Origin: Tricharina praecox
Taxonomy: Eukaryota
DNA length: 64,000 nt
Direction: 5' to 3'
NCBI RefSeq assembly: GCF_024521635.1
Contig: NW_026250452.1
Span: 1 to 64,000 of the forward strand
Shown here piece by piece: positions 1 through 13,830 of this stretch. Each line of letters opens with the position of its first letter. The first letter of the stretch is position 1. The notes beneath the pieces are model-generated. The model was not told the origin of the DNA. It did no database searches and saw only the letters and a program-made list of their open reading frames with translations. Both the position numbers and the translations under genes were made by a program.

Positions 1-1264
1 CGTCATGCACGAGGGCTTTCTGATACCTGCGACAAACATTGAGTTGGCTGTGCCTCGTGGGCGTTTGGGCGTGAGTTGGTGTGGAAAGCGTTCCGTAAAT
101 GGCAAAACTCAGGCTGGTTATAGTTTCTGCTAATGAGTGGAATCTATGGGCTACAAATCACAGCTACAAAATAGGCACGCCGGTTTCCTCGGGACCCATC
201 GCTAGACGGGTGATTTCGGGCTCACGATGTTGCAATGATGGCCAGCATGCGGATCCGCTGTTGTGTGAGACCGCTGGCGAGCTTGCGGTGCGCCTGTGGG
301 TCCAGCCGCAGGAGGCTGTTGATTTTATGCAGACCCAGCTTTTCACCATAAGACAACCGATTATCTACAGGGATCATTGATGAACTTCGTGACCACTTTA
401 CATATCACGTAGCTCGTGAGTGAACGTGAAGACCTGATGTCAGTATGTACGACTTCAATGTTTATGGCGCTCACACTGCCAATTCGAAAATTACGAGAAG
501 GTCTAAGCCCTAATCACAAGCTGATACGGAGGCCACGATTGTGCTAATAGCCGCTGCAGGCGCACCTGACGCCAAATAAAATCTATCCTCCCTCTCTCCA
601 TCCTCTCTCCCTTCCTTGTCTCCCACCTTCAACCTTCCTTCTCTCCAACCTTCAACATTCCCCAACTTCGACACCATCCCCAATAAATCACCTCTTGATT
701 GGCTTTTCTTCCTGAAGATATTCGACGATCCCAATCACAATCCTCAACCCCGAGATTATTCGCCGACATCAGTAGTAAGTTTTTCGCAGCCCTTTATGGA
801 CCCACCTGGGTTCACTTCTTTCCTTTGACGGTTCTTGCTTCTGCTCCTTTTTTCTCCGTTTCTGCTTGATTCCTCTTTTCTGTCCGCCGTTTCTTCGTTT
901 AATCCTGTTATTTTTATCATTCATCATCAGATGCATACGACCCCCCTTCAGTTGCTGCTGCCCTTCTTAGGGCTAAATTTCTTGACATGGGGGAGTGATG
1001 TGTGGTGAAGAGCTTGGAGTATTTCTACGCTACCCTTTTTCTCCACCCTCTTAATTCGTTTCTTTCCTTCATCCTTCCTGTTTCCTTCTACCCCCCATCC
1101 AATCAACCTCTTTGACCAATCCTGCACGCTAACGTACTCAACAATATAATTCTTCGCACTTCATCTCTTCGCACATATTCTTCTCTTCACACACTAAGAT
1201 CTCGTCAGAAATTTACCACTTCGACCACCCTAGCACAAACACCTCCTGTCGAATAATTGATAAT

Positions 1265-4200
1265 ATGACGCCTCAAGTTACTGTTTCGTTCCCTTCCAAG
1301 TTTACGATGAACACCATTAGCAGTTCCGTATGTATCCGGATCCTTTCATTCATTTTTAAATGGTTACTAAGATTGCCATCAGTCCCAGTCTCTCCATAAC
1401 CGCAAGACCTACGTTGTACACAAGCATAGCAACGGCTTTGTAGAGTTCTCCGACTACATCGGTCAGGCCCTCGAGCCCGGCGAGGAGATCATCCCCGTCC
1501 CAGCCGAGATCGACTTCATCCAGTGGGCCGAACGCTACCCGTGTAACATGGTTCATGGTGCCACCTTGGACACCATCAACTATGCCGACAAGAGGCTTCC
1601 TTTTGAGCTCTACAAGCACCATCACGCCGCCAAGCTTAGATCGCAGGAAGATGATCGGAGAGAATTGCTTAGGGCGCACATCGCGAATGGGGTCAAGGGG
1701 CTGTCCTCTGCCCCTTCCAGTCCTCCGTACATGGGTTTCTACCAGACCATCTCAAGCCCAGGCACGCCTGAGGTTGATCTCAACAAGTTGATGGACGGCC
1801 CTCACGACGTCAACAACATCCAATTGAACGACGCAATGGTCGGTGATAACACCAACGGAGTTGACGTTGGCTCCAACACGTACGGTATGGCAGGCTCGGA
1901 TATCCCTCACGCTGTCGAGTTCACGAGCTTTGACACACCGATCGTTACCCAATACTATGGCAGCATCTCGCCCAACGAGTCGGCTTTCAACCTTGGCGGT
2001 ACGGACGATATTCACCACGAGTCCCACTTGGACAATGCGATTATGGATTCGAACGTTGAGCCGGCTTCCAGTCTCGGAGCTAACAACGATATCCACGACG
2101 ACTCTAACTTCGACGATGCCTTCGCGAATCTTGACAACGATGCAGCTTTCATCCTCGCGGGCATGAAAGATGACCACGACGAGTCGCACTTTGCGATGGA
2201 CTCGTTCATGGATGTTGACGCGTACGAATCGCAATCAATCGGCGAGTCAGGCAATGACCGTGTCATCTCTCATGATTACGATCTCTCTGGCGCAACTTTG
2301 GTTGAAGACAATGTCGTGGTTTCTGGGGAATCTGAGAAGGTTGTTGGAAAGAACACAGACGAGATCGCCGAGAGACTCGCTGTCAACCTACACGGTAACC
2401 GTACTCAGTCGAACGCTGTCCTGTTAAAATCGTTTCGCGACAATTTCACCGCAATCATGCCCGTCATGGGCCCGCATCCGAATGTCGTCTGCTGGATGTG
2501 TCTGCATCCCGGCCATGACGATCCAAATGATCTCAAGAATTGTCCGGTTGCTCGTCTTCAGTCATACATCTATCATGACTTCGACGTGAAGATGGTCATC
2601 GGAACTGGTTCTGCGGATGAACCTGACGCTATCGATTTCTTCTTTGTTGATATGCGATGCGTTGAGCAGTCATTGAAATGGGCCATCTCCTTGCGCGGTG
2701 TGGAAGGAACTGCCGAGTTTGGTGTCAAGAGTGCTACTATTGGTAACCTCGAGAGCCTCCTTTTCCGTTGCAAATCCTTGGCCGAGCAAGGTTGGATTGT
2801 GGGACAGGAGGGAATTCCCGAGCATTTATTTGCTCAAGATCTTGTCGTGCGTTTTCCCTGGTATCTTTTGTCGAGAAGGAAGCTGACAGACGGACGTCCA
2901 TACAGATTAGTGATCAATATGCTGGAAACTACGCGGATCAGATGGATGACTGTCTTGAGGTTTTGCCCCTGAAGCCGTATCCTGACCACATGATGCTTAA
3001 TACTGCGGACTACTTCCAGAACACCGGCAATGCTGCGAAACTCCAGGCTGCTGCGAAGAGAAACCGCAGTCGGGCCCCTCCGAAGAAAAAGGTGCAGCCG
3101 TGCGACACAGCCGGTCTCCCTACCATGGGGGACCGTATCAAGGCTGTCTGCGCTCGCTGCTGCTACCGTGGGCATGTCGTCAACTCCACCAAGACCTGCC
3201 CCTTCGCTATCGCGCTCGAGGCGGTTCAGAAGTACCAAGCTGGCCAGAAGTACGAAACATACTTGGACAAGTACGAGTGCGCTATCGCGGACCTTCGCTT
3301 GATTGTCTCAGCTCTTAACGAAGAAAACGACGACCGCGCCGAGTCTATCGAGGAGTTGATCCAGATGTGGGATGACATGCGGAAGGCTGGGCCTGGTAAG
3401 TTGATTGCTCCGCTCTCGCGCAATGGAACAATCATTGTTAAAACCCAGATTACAGCCAAGAAGAACGGTCGCGGCAATGTGGCTGCTGCTGCCTTGGCTC
3501 TCAAGCGTAAGAGAGATGCTAGCGCCGTCGACGTTCCCGACATGATCGCTGCCATGCAGATCCCGGTCTTCCCGTCGTCTTACTACGATTTTCTCAAGGA
3601 GTACGTTTTCCGTTTCCCAATCATCCCTCGCCTCTACAGAACACTAATACATCACCTAAACAGCACCCTCGCCTCCTCCCCGCTGAGCTTCCTCAAGTTG
3701 AAGGACGAATTCCTCATCCGCTTCCCAGCCATCGGCCTCCGTCCAGACACGCAATGCCCGAACTGTCTGATGTTCGGACACGACCACCGCTACAAGTCTT
3801 GCCTCCTGCTTCAGGCTCGCCAGGCCGTGAACGATGGCAGCATCGTCAATACCCCTCATCTCCACGGACACCTTCGCCAGCTCGCCAGCAGCGCAGCGTT
3901 TTTCGAAAACCTTCCCGAGGGCTGGAAGCAGTACAGCAAGAAGACCGATGTAATCCGTAACTTCTTCGGCGCCGTCGAGGGCGCGTTCCGTGACGCTCCC
4001 GCCTCCATGGCTCCTCCTGCGGCTGCTATTCACGCCCAGGCTCCCGTGCAGGCCCCCCCCCAGAAGAGACAGCGCCAGAATCCGGCTCCAATCCAGTCCT
4101 CCCCCGCTTATACCGCTACTGGAGCTGGAAATAAGTACGCTGTTGTTGACATCAGCCGCATGGATGGCGAGATGGTTGCTGATCTCACTGACTTCTTCCT

Positions 4201-4291
4201 TGACGTCGACGTTGAAAATGGCATCGCCATCGATCACAGCAAGATGACAAACTCTCACTTTAGGCGCATTATGCCGTTCCTGGTCCGCTAG
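1265..4291 (+). CDS. Spliced hypothetical protein (~929 aa) with three CX2CX4HX6-8C zinc-knuckle-like motifs; exons 1265-1327, 1383-2846, 2906-3395, 3456-3600, 3664-4291
   Basis: ORFs 1548-2972 and 2768-4291 are joined in phase by intron 2847-2905 (GTGCGT...GCTGAC...TACAG). Intron 1328-1382 (GTATGT...ACTAA...CAG) links ATG 1265 in frame. Probable in-frame introns at 3396-3455 (GTAAGT...TACAG) and 3601-3663 (GTACGT...CTAAT...AACAG). Codons are visibly C-ending biased. Confidence 0.8.
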
Positions 4292-6559
4292 GAATGCGTC
4301 TGTATCACACGCACGAAAGTGGAGGGCGGGTGTCGTTGAAACAAAAAAGGGGCGAATGAGAAAATTTGGAGAAAACAGATGCGAGAGAATTCAATGATGA
4401 TATCCCTAATTGGACTGTGCAATGTGATATCGTGACCGATTGTTACCTGTGATAAATACGAGTAAACCAAGATGGTGGACTTTGTATATAGTGGGGAGAG
4501 AAAAGCTGACTGCAGTTATAACACGTGACGCAGCGTGATGTGAAGTGCTACATGCCATTATAGCAAGGCGAAAATACTTCATTGATTTTTCGTTGTGCAC
4601 CGATCAAGTGCATGCTACTCAAATATCTAGATGGTCTCAATATCCACACATACACACTCCCATTCCAAGCTAGTGTCCAATCCCACGGCTTTCATAGAGC
4701 CCCCTATCTCGCTTTCCGCACACTGAGTGCCCGCCTTACTAGTAGCCTGTCCCGTGTGCATATATGAGCGCTCCAAGGAAAGAACACTAGGAAAGGACAA
4801 ATTCGTCATCTTCGAGTCCCTACTTCTGTCGACCATAGGCGACTGCCCAAATTGATGCAAGTAAAGCCCAAAACCACGAGGCGACGTGAATCACCTGAGA
4901 GGAACTTCCGTCTAGCAAAATGATGGACGTGACCACCCAGCTTGTTCATGTCCTCCAAAAGGAAGTGATGGGAGTGTACTAATCTCGTCGAGCCCTTCCG
5001 GACTATTTAGAACACTGGCTTTGTGTTCCAAAATCGACGCGTCACTTCGGAACACTCGGCACACTACTGACAGCACATGTCGCGCCGGCGGTGACAAATG
5101 TCGATAAAGTCTCAACCACTGTTCAGATCTGTTCACCACGTGGGCTCTCTCATTGTCCAGCGAGACTTTGGAGGGGACGGAGTGCGTGGGTCCCGTCCCC
5201 GAAAAAGATCGGACGAGACCAGATTAGCTATGTAGAGCATTGGGAACACCGGGAGTGATCTCGCCACATCAAAATCAGTGCCCTCATCTTCTTCTTTAAA
5301 TCAGCCACCCTCTTTGCCCACTGCCACACTCTCCACTCAAATAACGCACTTATTACATCCTGGCCAGCAGCCTCTAGGATCGAATCGCCCGGTGCTCACA
5401 TCGGCGAAGGAGATGAAGCCCCGGATAACCAGGTTTTGCCGCTCGCCTCAGAAGAGGATTCGAATCTTGAGGCTGCCTTGCACCTCTCCTTCACCTTCCG
5501 CAACTCTGCCCACAGTATGGTCTGCCGGCCCTTCAATCCGGTGCTGAATCTGAAAAGGTGCCCCCGGGTTTGCGGGCCATAGCCGGAACTGGGTCTGGTT
5601 TCGAACATAATTTCCGGCTGTGCCGGCACTTATTGTGAAAAGAGCGGCCAACAGAGAGAATATTTAAGGAGATACAACAGATCAAGTCCCACAATATCCG
5701 TCCGTTCCCATCTTATCCGTCCGATCCCAACTCGGTCTATTTGATGCCCGATGACATTAAACCAAATCACCGAGAAGTAGCCGTTCCAGAGCGACGACGT
5801 TCGTTCGGAGGCATGACGAGAAGGTTAAGGAGGATGAGTGGGACGAGTATGGCGACTAGAATCAGGTTGGGGCCATACGAGTAGGATGAGGAGGACGATT
5901 GGAACGTGGAGAATCTATCCGCGAAAGGGCGACTTGGGCTAGGAGCATGGCGAGGAGAATCCTTCGGCGTCGGGACGAATAGGATGCGTAAGACAAGTGG
6001 TATGGCTAGGAAAACAAGACGAGCAGGACGAGCAGGACGAGTAGGCGAAGAGCACTATCTAGTGATACGACAGTATCAGTGGTAGTTCCAGGAGGGCGGG
6101 CACAGCAGTGCGGCCGTAGTAGGGAGACTTGGTATTAGCTGCCAGACGGCAGGGAGAGAAGATGGTTTCCGATGCAAGACGAGCTGGGTGAGCGGGGCGA
6201 GGAAGGTCTTTTCGTACTAGGACGAGGAGGCTGTTTCCGCAGCAGATCGAGCAGGACCACTAGAAGCAGTGGGAAGGGTAGAATGCGGAGGGTGAGGAGT
6301 GGCAGGGTGAGGCAGAGGAGAGAGACATTGCATCCGCGGTTATAACAGCGGGGTATTCGGTTGGGTGGAGTCAGCATGACGCGGTCCAAAGGTGAACAGG
6401 CAACCATCGACATGTTTCAAGAACCATCTTCGTCTCCCACCCAACATAGGCACCTATTACATCAGGGCATATCACGCGGGCCGGCCTCTCCGACCTACTG
6501 TGAAACAGCAGTCCTGGGTTGACGGCACCTCCGAGTTGATGGCAGCACGTGTTGACGGG

Positions 6560-7420
6560 ACGGAACAGTTGACGAGACACAAGAGTCGACAAACGGAAGC
6601 GTTGACGGTGCCGAAGAGCTGACCGTATGGCGGAGCCGAGGGAGTGGAAACGTTGAGGGCGTGGGAGATTCAAGGCACCAGAAGAGGCAAGACTCCGGAA
6701 GAGTGGAGTGAGTGTTCTAGTCATGGGAGCGGAAATGTTGACGTCGACAATGAAAGGACTGTGTAGAGAAGTCGAGAAATAGAAGAGTTGAGGCAACGGA
6801 AGAGTCCATGGAGCGGAAAAGGCGACGGAGCGGAAGAGGCGAGAGAGTACGGAAGAGTTGATGCTACTGACGGATTGACGATTCCGGCGAGGGAGCACTG
6901 AGATACCATGAACGAGCCAAGCATTGGAAGACTCAAGGAGCGGAAGAGTTGAGAGAGAAAGAAAGAGGTGTGGGATGAAGTCGATGCCGCGAACGAGTGA
7001 AGGAACGGAATGGTTGAAGGAGAGATCCAGTCAAGTGCAATGGCGCGGAAATGGTGATGGTAGCGAAGGGTTGTGACGGCACGGAAGGGAGGTGGTAGTA
7101 CAGACGAGTCTATGGGCCGGAGGAGGTCATGGCCCGGACGCGTCAACAGGCAAGGACGGATTGTGGGAGTACGCAGGAGTCGACGGGCCAGAAGAGATCA
7201 CGGCACAGACGAGTCGACGGGCACGGGCCGGTTGTGGGACCACGGCAGAGCGATGGGAGCACGGAGGAGTTGTGGGAGCATGGAGGTGTCGACGGGCGGG
7301 AAGAGATGACACCACGGGGGAGCCGACGGGCAACGGCCAGTCGAGGGAGAGGGAGCGGCGGAGTTGTGGGAACACGGAAGAGGGAGGGAGCGGACGGAGT
7401 GTACGGACAGGGCGGATACT
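6560..7420. repeat. Degenerate purine-rich tandem/low-complexity repeat
   Basis: Recurrent GAGTCGACGGG, GGAGTTGTGGGA(G/A)CA and CGGAAGAG words. Confidence 0.5.
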
Positions 7421-8394
7421 GCTGTTATGTAGATAGGCCCCCTGATATCAATGAAACTACAAGAGGTTCGAATTCCCACCCCACGTCGTTCCCAGGGAAT
7501 ATCACTCAGGATATGGTGGAACGCCGTACCACCTTTCCCTATGCACCCGCCGCAGTCACTGTGGCTCTCCATAAATACGCAGTCGACTACCTAATGGAGT
7601 AGATTTTTTTCCCTGATTTTGGGAGTAGGTTTGCAAATATAAGGCAGCGCGGTACTTAGGTGTAGTACACCTATTGTACAAGCGCGAAGATCCACGGCGT
7701 AAAAGGTGAGGGAGAGCCTGCTACTGATCTGCTATTGAAGGCCCGACGTTGGGCGCCACGAATGTCTTTTGGACCTGCTCTGGGGCGATGGATGGCGAAG
7801 CTTCTGCACAATATCAGTCAATGTTCTCACGATTGAGGTTGCCCCTACTGACATACCTCCGTCGTTTTTCGGCACGGGCACCGAGGCGACAACCATTATA
7901 TACTTGCGGGTCGTCCTAGACTCCCAGTAGACTCAATCGCACTTCGTTCGTTTTGATTGAACGACGATATCTCTCGTTGACGTTCACCGGCTGTAGGTGT
8001 TTGCTGGCCGTCCAGATGGACGTGGCGGTTGGGTTTCTGAATAAGGTCAGCATCAATTGCCAAGATGATTGGCACTGAGATGTATGACGTACCGATTCCG
8101 CGGGGATGATAGTTTGGGGGGGCGATATGTCCGCATCGATAGTATGAGGCGCATTAATTGCGCCGAATCGTACATCGCCCCCGTTGGGATCGAGACAGGG
8201 CAATCCCCGTGATTAGCTGCAACAGGGGTATGTTTTACATCCGTAGGCAGCTTTCGTCATACTCGTCAGACGGGAAGTTTTCATTCGAGCGCACAACGTG
8301 ACTGTTAAGATCTTAAGCGAGGCGGCGGTTATCAACTTAGAATATGTTCTCGGGTTTGTCGCGGAAACGCGCAAAAATGGTCGATGCCTTTGCA

Positions 8395-8640
8395 CTTTGT
8401 TGAATATAGGAGGTAGATAAAACTTACAATAGTATTCGATACAGCAGCAACATCGTGAGCAGCGAGCTCTCTCAAGATACAAGCTTCATAGACCAGACAA
8501 CCTCCGCATTAATCCCTTCAGCAGGTTTCTCTTCCGTACTCGTTCCTTTCTGGAGGTTGGTTTTCCGTCCTCGTATACCACTCTAGAGTACGCTCGAAAT
8601 CGTCATCTGTGGACGTCCAATATTCTGACGGACTTTCTAT
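8395..8640. repeat. Dispersed repeat, copy 1 of 3 (others at 37335-37580 direct, 57255-57340 inverted)
   Basis: TATTCGATAC(A/C)GCAGCAACA(T/C)CG(T/C)GAGCAGC(G/A)AGCTCTCTC...TACAAGCT...ATCCCTTCAG shared with the 37 kb copy; the core recurs inverted at 57.3 kb. Confidence 0.75.
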
Positions 8641-9029
8641 CAGATGGAGTCCAATTATTGCTGTCAGTCTTTCATCATTCCCGTTAATGCCATTCGTCGG
8701 AGATGAGCGGGTGGCACCTTGGTAGTTGGATGTTGGGTGTGGTTCGGTGGTAACAGCTTCTGCAAGGCGATCCACTCCTTCGTTACCGGCGGCATCAGTG
8801 TATCATAGTACCTCATGTACCTCGGATTGTGTCGTTTTTCAACCATTCATGTCAGTGCTGAACTTCCAGACGGCGAGTGCTGGTTCTTCACCTTGTCGGG
8901 TGGAGTTCGGCGATATGCATGATCTCTGGCCGCGAGGATGGAAAACATGCGGTGGCTTCTCAACTTCTCGCGTTATAAAGCATATTGCTGAGCTCTGACA
9001 CAGTGAAGACTGCAGGGAGCGATGCGATG

Positions 9030-12000
9030 AAGCCCAAGGTCGTCTGCACAGACGTCAGTTTTTCTGCATTAGAATGTAAATATCTGGACATACTTACTGG
9101 GATACTCATCGCAGTGATGTGGAACTCCGACTCTGATAGCAAGCGTTTAACCTAAGGCTCTGCAGCCAGTTCCCGCTGTTCCTGTTTCGTCGGCCCGAGA
9201 TCTCACCTCCGGGTAAATAGACATGTTGCTTCTGGTATCTAACAAAGGACATTCCCGGACTCCGCCAAGCGTACATATCAGCTAGCTTCTCTGCCTCTCC
9301 AGCCAAGTGTTGGCGTCACCATCGTCGTCACCGTCTTCGTCGTCCAGTGTTGATTGGAGCACACAATGTCACTCCCCGCCTGTCTCGGATTTTTAAATTT
9401 CCGAAGGTCGGCATCATTTCCGGACGGGCGGAAAGACATGCCCTGGGTTTTCAAGTGTTGACTTCCAAGTGGTGATTAGTATTCCGCAGATGTGCAGACT
9501 GTACGGGGCGATTTGATCAAGGTCTTCTTCACAGCTATCAGCTTGCCTGTAGTGCACTGTAGGTATCTACACCAGCTGAAGGATGGATCACACACCACAC
9601 CACAGTTACATGAAAATGAACTCCAACGTATGGTCCCCTAGAGACCTGGCGTTCCATAAGATTGTATCGTGCAGCGACCCAGTCAATCCTCGCTCTCTCG
9701 CGTTGCAAATGCTGTTTGCGTCACCATATTGGTCGCCATCGTCTTCGAGCCTTCATTCTAGCGCATAATCGCATCGGCTGCTTGGTCACTCGCCTCCGGT
9801 TCTCCGATTCTCCAAATCTAACGTAGACACCCACTCCGCAAGGGCAAAAAGCGACGAGATAACCGCAGCTTCCCAAGTGCCAACATTCGCGAGGTGAATA
9901 ATAACGCCCGGGTGTGTAAAGAGTGGAGAGCAATGCGCCCAAGATCACGTTCTTCTACACGGTAACATATAGGTTAGCTTTTCCGCAGTTGCCATTGCCA
10001 GTAGGAATTTGCACGAACTGTAGCACACACCACAGTGATATGAAAATGGAAATGAGACTCAGTCCATTCCTCGTGTCTTCCGATCGACTCCGGCTGCCGG
10101 AAATCTCGCCTCCGGACTCTGGGTGGATAAACAAGTCGCCCAAGGACAGTTGCGGAAATCCGGTACCAAAAACCACTCCAGCCTTCCGTACCGAGTATGA
10201 AATCTTGCCGGCTGGAGCTTTGGAGATCATAACCAGTCATCAGCGCAAGATATCTGCCTAGGTCCCCATGGGAATCAGCGCATTGAAAGTAGGCACGGAG
10301 ATCACGAATCGCAATCGATGGCCCCACAGCCGCAGTACACTTGGCATGTAGATACCGGAATTGCTTTCCGTCAAGTATAATTATCTTGCCGGCGCGCACT
10401 CTGCCGTTATCCTGTTTCGTCTAGTCCTCTTCCGTACTTCGGCGTAAAGCCAGACGGGTACCCGATCCTCCAAACTCGCGGCCAATGAGGTGCGTGATGG
10501 TTTCCAGATATCCGCCGTTCGACGGCCGAGGCCATGAATCGGTCCTTTTCTGATTCCCGTGGCGGCTGCCAGAGATCTCGCACCTGGGAGTCTCAGACTC
10601 CAGACAAATATACAGGTAACCTATGGTGGAATCAAAGGCCATTCGCGGACTTAAGTATCCATGTCATGTTGGGGTGCCCTCAAGCGTACTGATAAGCTGG
10701 CGCTTCTAGCCAAGGGTCGACATCGTTGCCGCCGTCGTAGTCGTCGTCGAAGAATATTCATGTGTGCGCATACTGCCATATTCCTTTGTCCGCTTTCCTC
10801 CCATTTCCCGATTATGCGAAAGTAGGTAGACCGTAGGCATCAATTCAGTCTCCGAGCGCGGAGAAAGCCACGGCGCAGTTTATCAAGTGCCAACTTCCAA
10901 GTAGTGAATACTACCACCCCGGTTTGTAGACTGCAGAGGACAATGCGATCAAGGTCTCCTTCTACACAAAGTTCAGGTTTTCTGCACTGGTCTGTAGATA
11001 TCTGCATCACCCAGATCACACACTACAGAGACATAGGAATAGGACTTAGACGTACAGTCACTCACTCGGACCGGTAATGATCGGCGACGCAGCCCGTTCC
11101 CGCCGTCTCCTGTTGCCAGACGAGGCTGCCGGAGATCGCGCCGCTGGGTAGATATACAACTCCCCTGTGGACCATTGCAGGCATCAGACACTGCCGGATA
11201 TCCGTCCCCTTTTGATTCTAGTCTCCTATCCAATCTTCTCAGCTGAGCTATATCCTATCATCACCAGTCGTCAGCGTACGAACTCTAACTAAGCGCCTAT
11301 GAGGATCACAAGGATGAAAGCAGGCAGGAATGAAGCTAAAGAGTTTGCAGCACGGCGAGGAGCACACGGCTAGGGACTTGGCAGCACGGAGATAATTAAG
11401 GAGTTGGCAATTGGTACTCCCGTATGCGATCGGATGCAAAATTTTCACTGGCCAAAATATTCCGGACAGCCGGCACGGTACAGTTAGTAGCCAGCCGCTT
11501 CCGCACTAAACATATCCGGGCCTGGGCTTTTTGGACCTGCGACAGAACCCGACTCGTCTGGCCAAATTCTCGCCCCAGACTGGGCGGCGCTGCCGGGCCC
11601 CAATAGTCTTCCGTCCACGGACTATTCCCAGGCCTGCAGACCACCGTAACGTGAGAATAGGACTCAGAAGTTCGGTTTCCCGGTCTCCTGAGGACCAGCC
11701 AGATTCCCTAGGGACATGTAAGGCTGTCATATGCGACGTCGCAGCCAGTTCCCTCACTCTGCCGCTACAGGCCTGCGGCCGCCGGTCATGTCGCTTCCGG
11801 GTAGATAGACAAGCTGCTTCTGGTAGGTATCAAAGGCCACTCCCGGACTTCAGTATCATGACCGTATTGAAACTTGGGGTGCCGCCAAGCGTAAATATCG
11901 GCGGGCTTCTCAAACTTTCCAGCCAAGTGCTGGCGTCACCATCTTCGTCCCTATCGTCATTGTCCAGTCTTCATTTGAACTCCCAATCCCATTGACCGCT

Positions 12001-12400
12001 GGCCTCCGATCCCCCGAAGGCGAACGTAAACTCAGAGACTCGAAAAGGCGAATAACCACGCCGCGCCTTCTCAAGTGCAAACTTCCGAGTGGTGAATGCA
12101 ACCGCCCAGGTGTGTCGACTGTAGGGCGATGAGCTCACGGTCGTCTGTACAGAGGTCAGCTTGTCTTTAGTACAGTGTAGACTGTAAATATCCCTACCAC
12201 CTAGATCACCCACCACACACCACAGTGACGAGAAAACGGTACTCAGACACGCGGTCACCCCCGGGGAATGGTAAGGCTGTAGTGTCTAGCCACGAAGTTC
12301 ATTCCCTCTCTTTCCCGTTGCGTGCCTGCGGCTACCGGAGATCTCTCCTCCAGGCTCCGGGTGGAATGTTCATTTTCAAATCTTCTATGCTGGACATCGG
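9030..12400 (-). pseudogene. Degenerate tandem triplication (~1.3-kb period) of an unidentified, probably formerly coding segment
   Basis: Ordered motifs CAAAGG(A/C)CA(T/C)TC.CGGACT, CAAGCGTA, CCAAG.G and TCAAGTG...ACTTCC..GT.GTGA recur near 9.2-9.5, 10.6-10.9 and 11.8-12.1 kb. Minus-strand ORF fragments share the peptide KLTSVQTT. Confidence 0.5.
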
Positions 12401-12424
12401 GCATTAGAGGCTAGCCGCCAGTTT

Positions 12425-13830
12425 CAGACTTCCGGATTGCGTATCCAATGATTAATCTTCTTAGCTGATCGATACTCTATAATAAGCGGTAATCAGCGCA
12501 CGACCACTATTTGACTCTCGGGATCCTCGGGTTAGAACGAACTTCACAGACCGCCAGTTGACACGGATATCCCCACTGCCCTACTGCCCAATGTGTATGG
12601 CTGGTATTGACTGGCATTGTTCACCGCCAAGTACGAGTATCTCGCACACTCGTGACTCTTCCGGGTCTTCCCCTGTTCCGCCCAGTCCTCGCTGCTTCTT
12701 CAACGTCCCGCCTCCCTCGCCGTATCTCGAGGTCAGTCCGCCGCTGCTGGTCATGATAGTTCCGGCGTATTCGCCGTTTGGTGGGTGTGCGGTCAGTGTG
12801 CCACTGTGGCTACGAACCGATCTGCCGCTCGCTGCCCGTTGCCCGCTGCCTGGTAGGGTGATCGGTCTGACGTCATGCGGAAAATGGCAATGATCCTGGC
12901 TGGCATCGGCTGTCATGAAGCGTGAGCTGAAGTATACCTAAATTGGGAGGGGTGAGGGGAATACATACTTTTCAGCTACCTGGTACCAGGTAGACAGTGG
13001 CTTTGCAGGGGCGTGGAGATGCGTGTGGTCTGTGTGGTGGTTTTGGACTCTGGAGTTGTGGGAGACCCGGTAAACAGAGAATGGTGATTGGATGTGACTC
13101 GTGAGCGATATGGCTGGCGTCTTGACGGTCAGCAGTCCGGCGAAGTGCAAGGAGGAGGCATTGAGGGAGGATTGTACGGAAAATTGTGGGGAGAAGCGGA
13201 ACCCAGATTCGTAAGAGAGCAACCGAACGAGGGTAGAAGCAGCTGCCAGCAGGCTAGCAACAAGGCAGACAGACAGAAACGGATGCGTTAGAAAACAAAA
13301 GAGTACCAGTGGGAAATAGAGACGGACCAGTCGAGGCAGAGAACAGTCGGAGTGTGTTGACTTTCAGATTGTGGGATTCATGAAAATTCGAGAAGAATAA
13401 GGCTTCCTCCGCTGTAAAGTACGTACGATAGTGACTTCAGTATCCAATCTCCTCCGCTGCGATAGCCTATCATAACCGGTAATTAGCACACGCCGTCTAC
13501 CTATCCATGGGGATCATCGGGTTAGAAGTTGTAACGGCCATGACCAACCGCAACCGATAGCCCCACTGCCCCAGACTCCCGTACAGGTGGTAGGTACGTA
13601 CCGCCTGTTTTCCACCCACGACTTTGTCTTCCTCAGCCTCGTAAAGTCCTCTTCCCTTCCTCGGTGTAAATCATCCGCATCCCCAGGACCGTAGCCCGCT
13701 CCAGCCTCCTGGCCAGGTACTTAATCCTTCAGCCTCGCGGCCGATGGAGATGGGGATGGGTCACCAACCGCTCCGCCGCTCGCTGTCCGCTGCCTCGCGG
13801 ACTGATCCGTCTAACGTCATCAGGAGATTG
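12425..13830. repeat. Diverged direct duplication (12425-12900 vs 13430-13830)
   Basis: Shared GTATCCAAT...CGGTAAT.AGC.CACG...GGGATC.TCGGGTTAGAA...CCCCACTGCCC...CCGCTCGCTG...TGATC.GTCT.ACGTCAT. Confidence 0.65.

Noticed and set aside
2768..2972. Programmed -1 frameshift between overlapping ORFs (gag-pol-like)
   Set aside because: A canonical 59-nt intron (2847-2905) joins them in phase, and no pol domains follow
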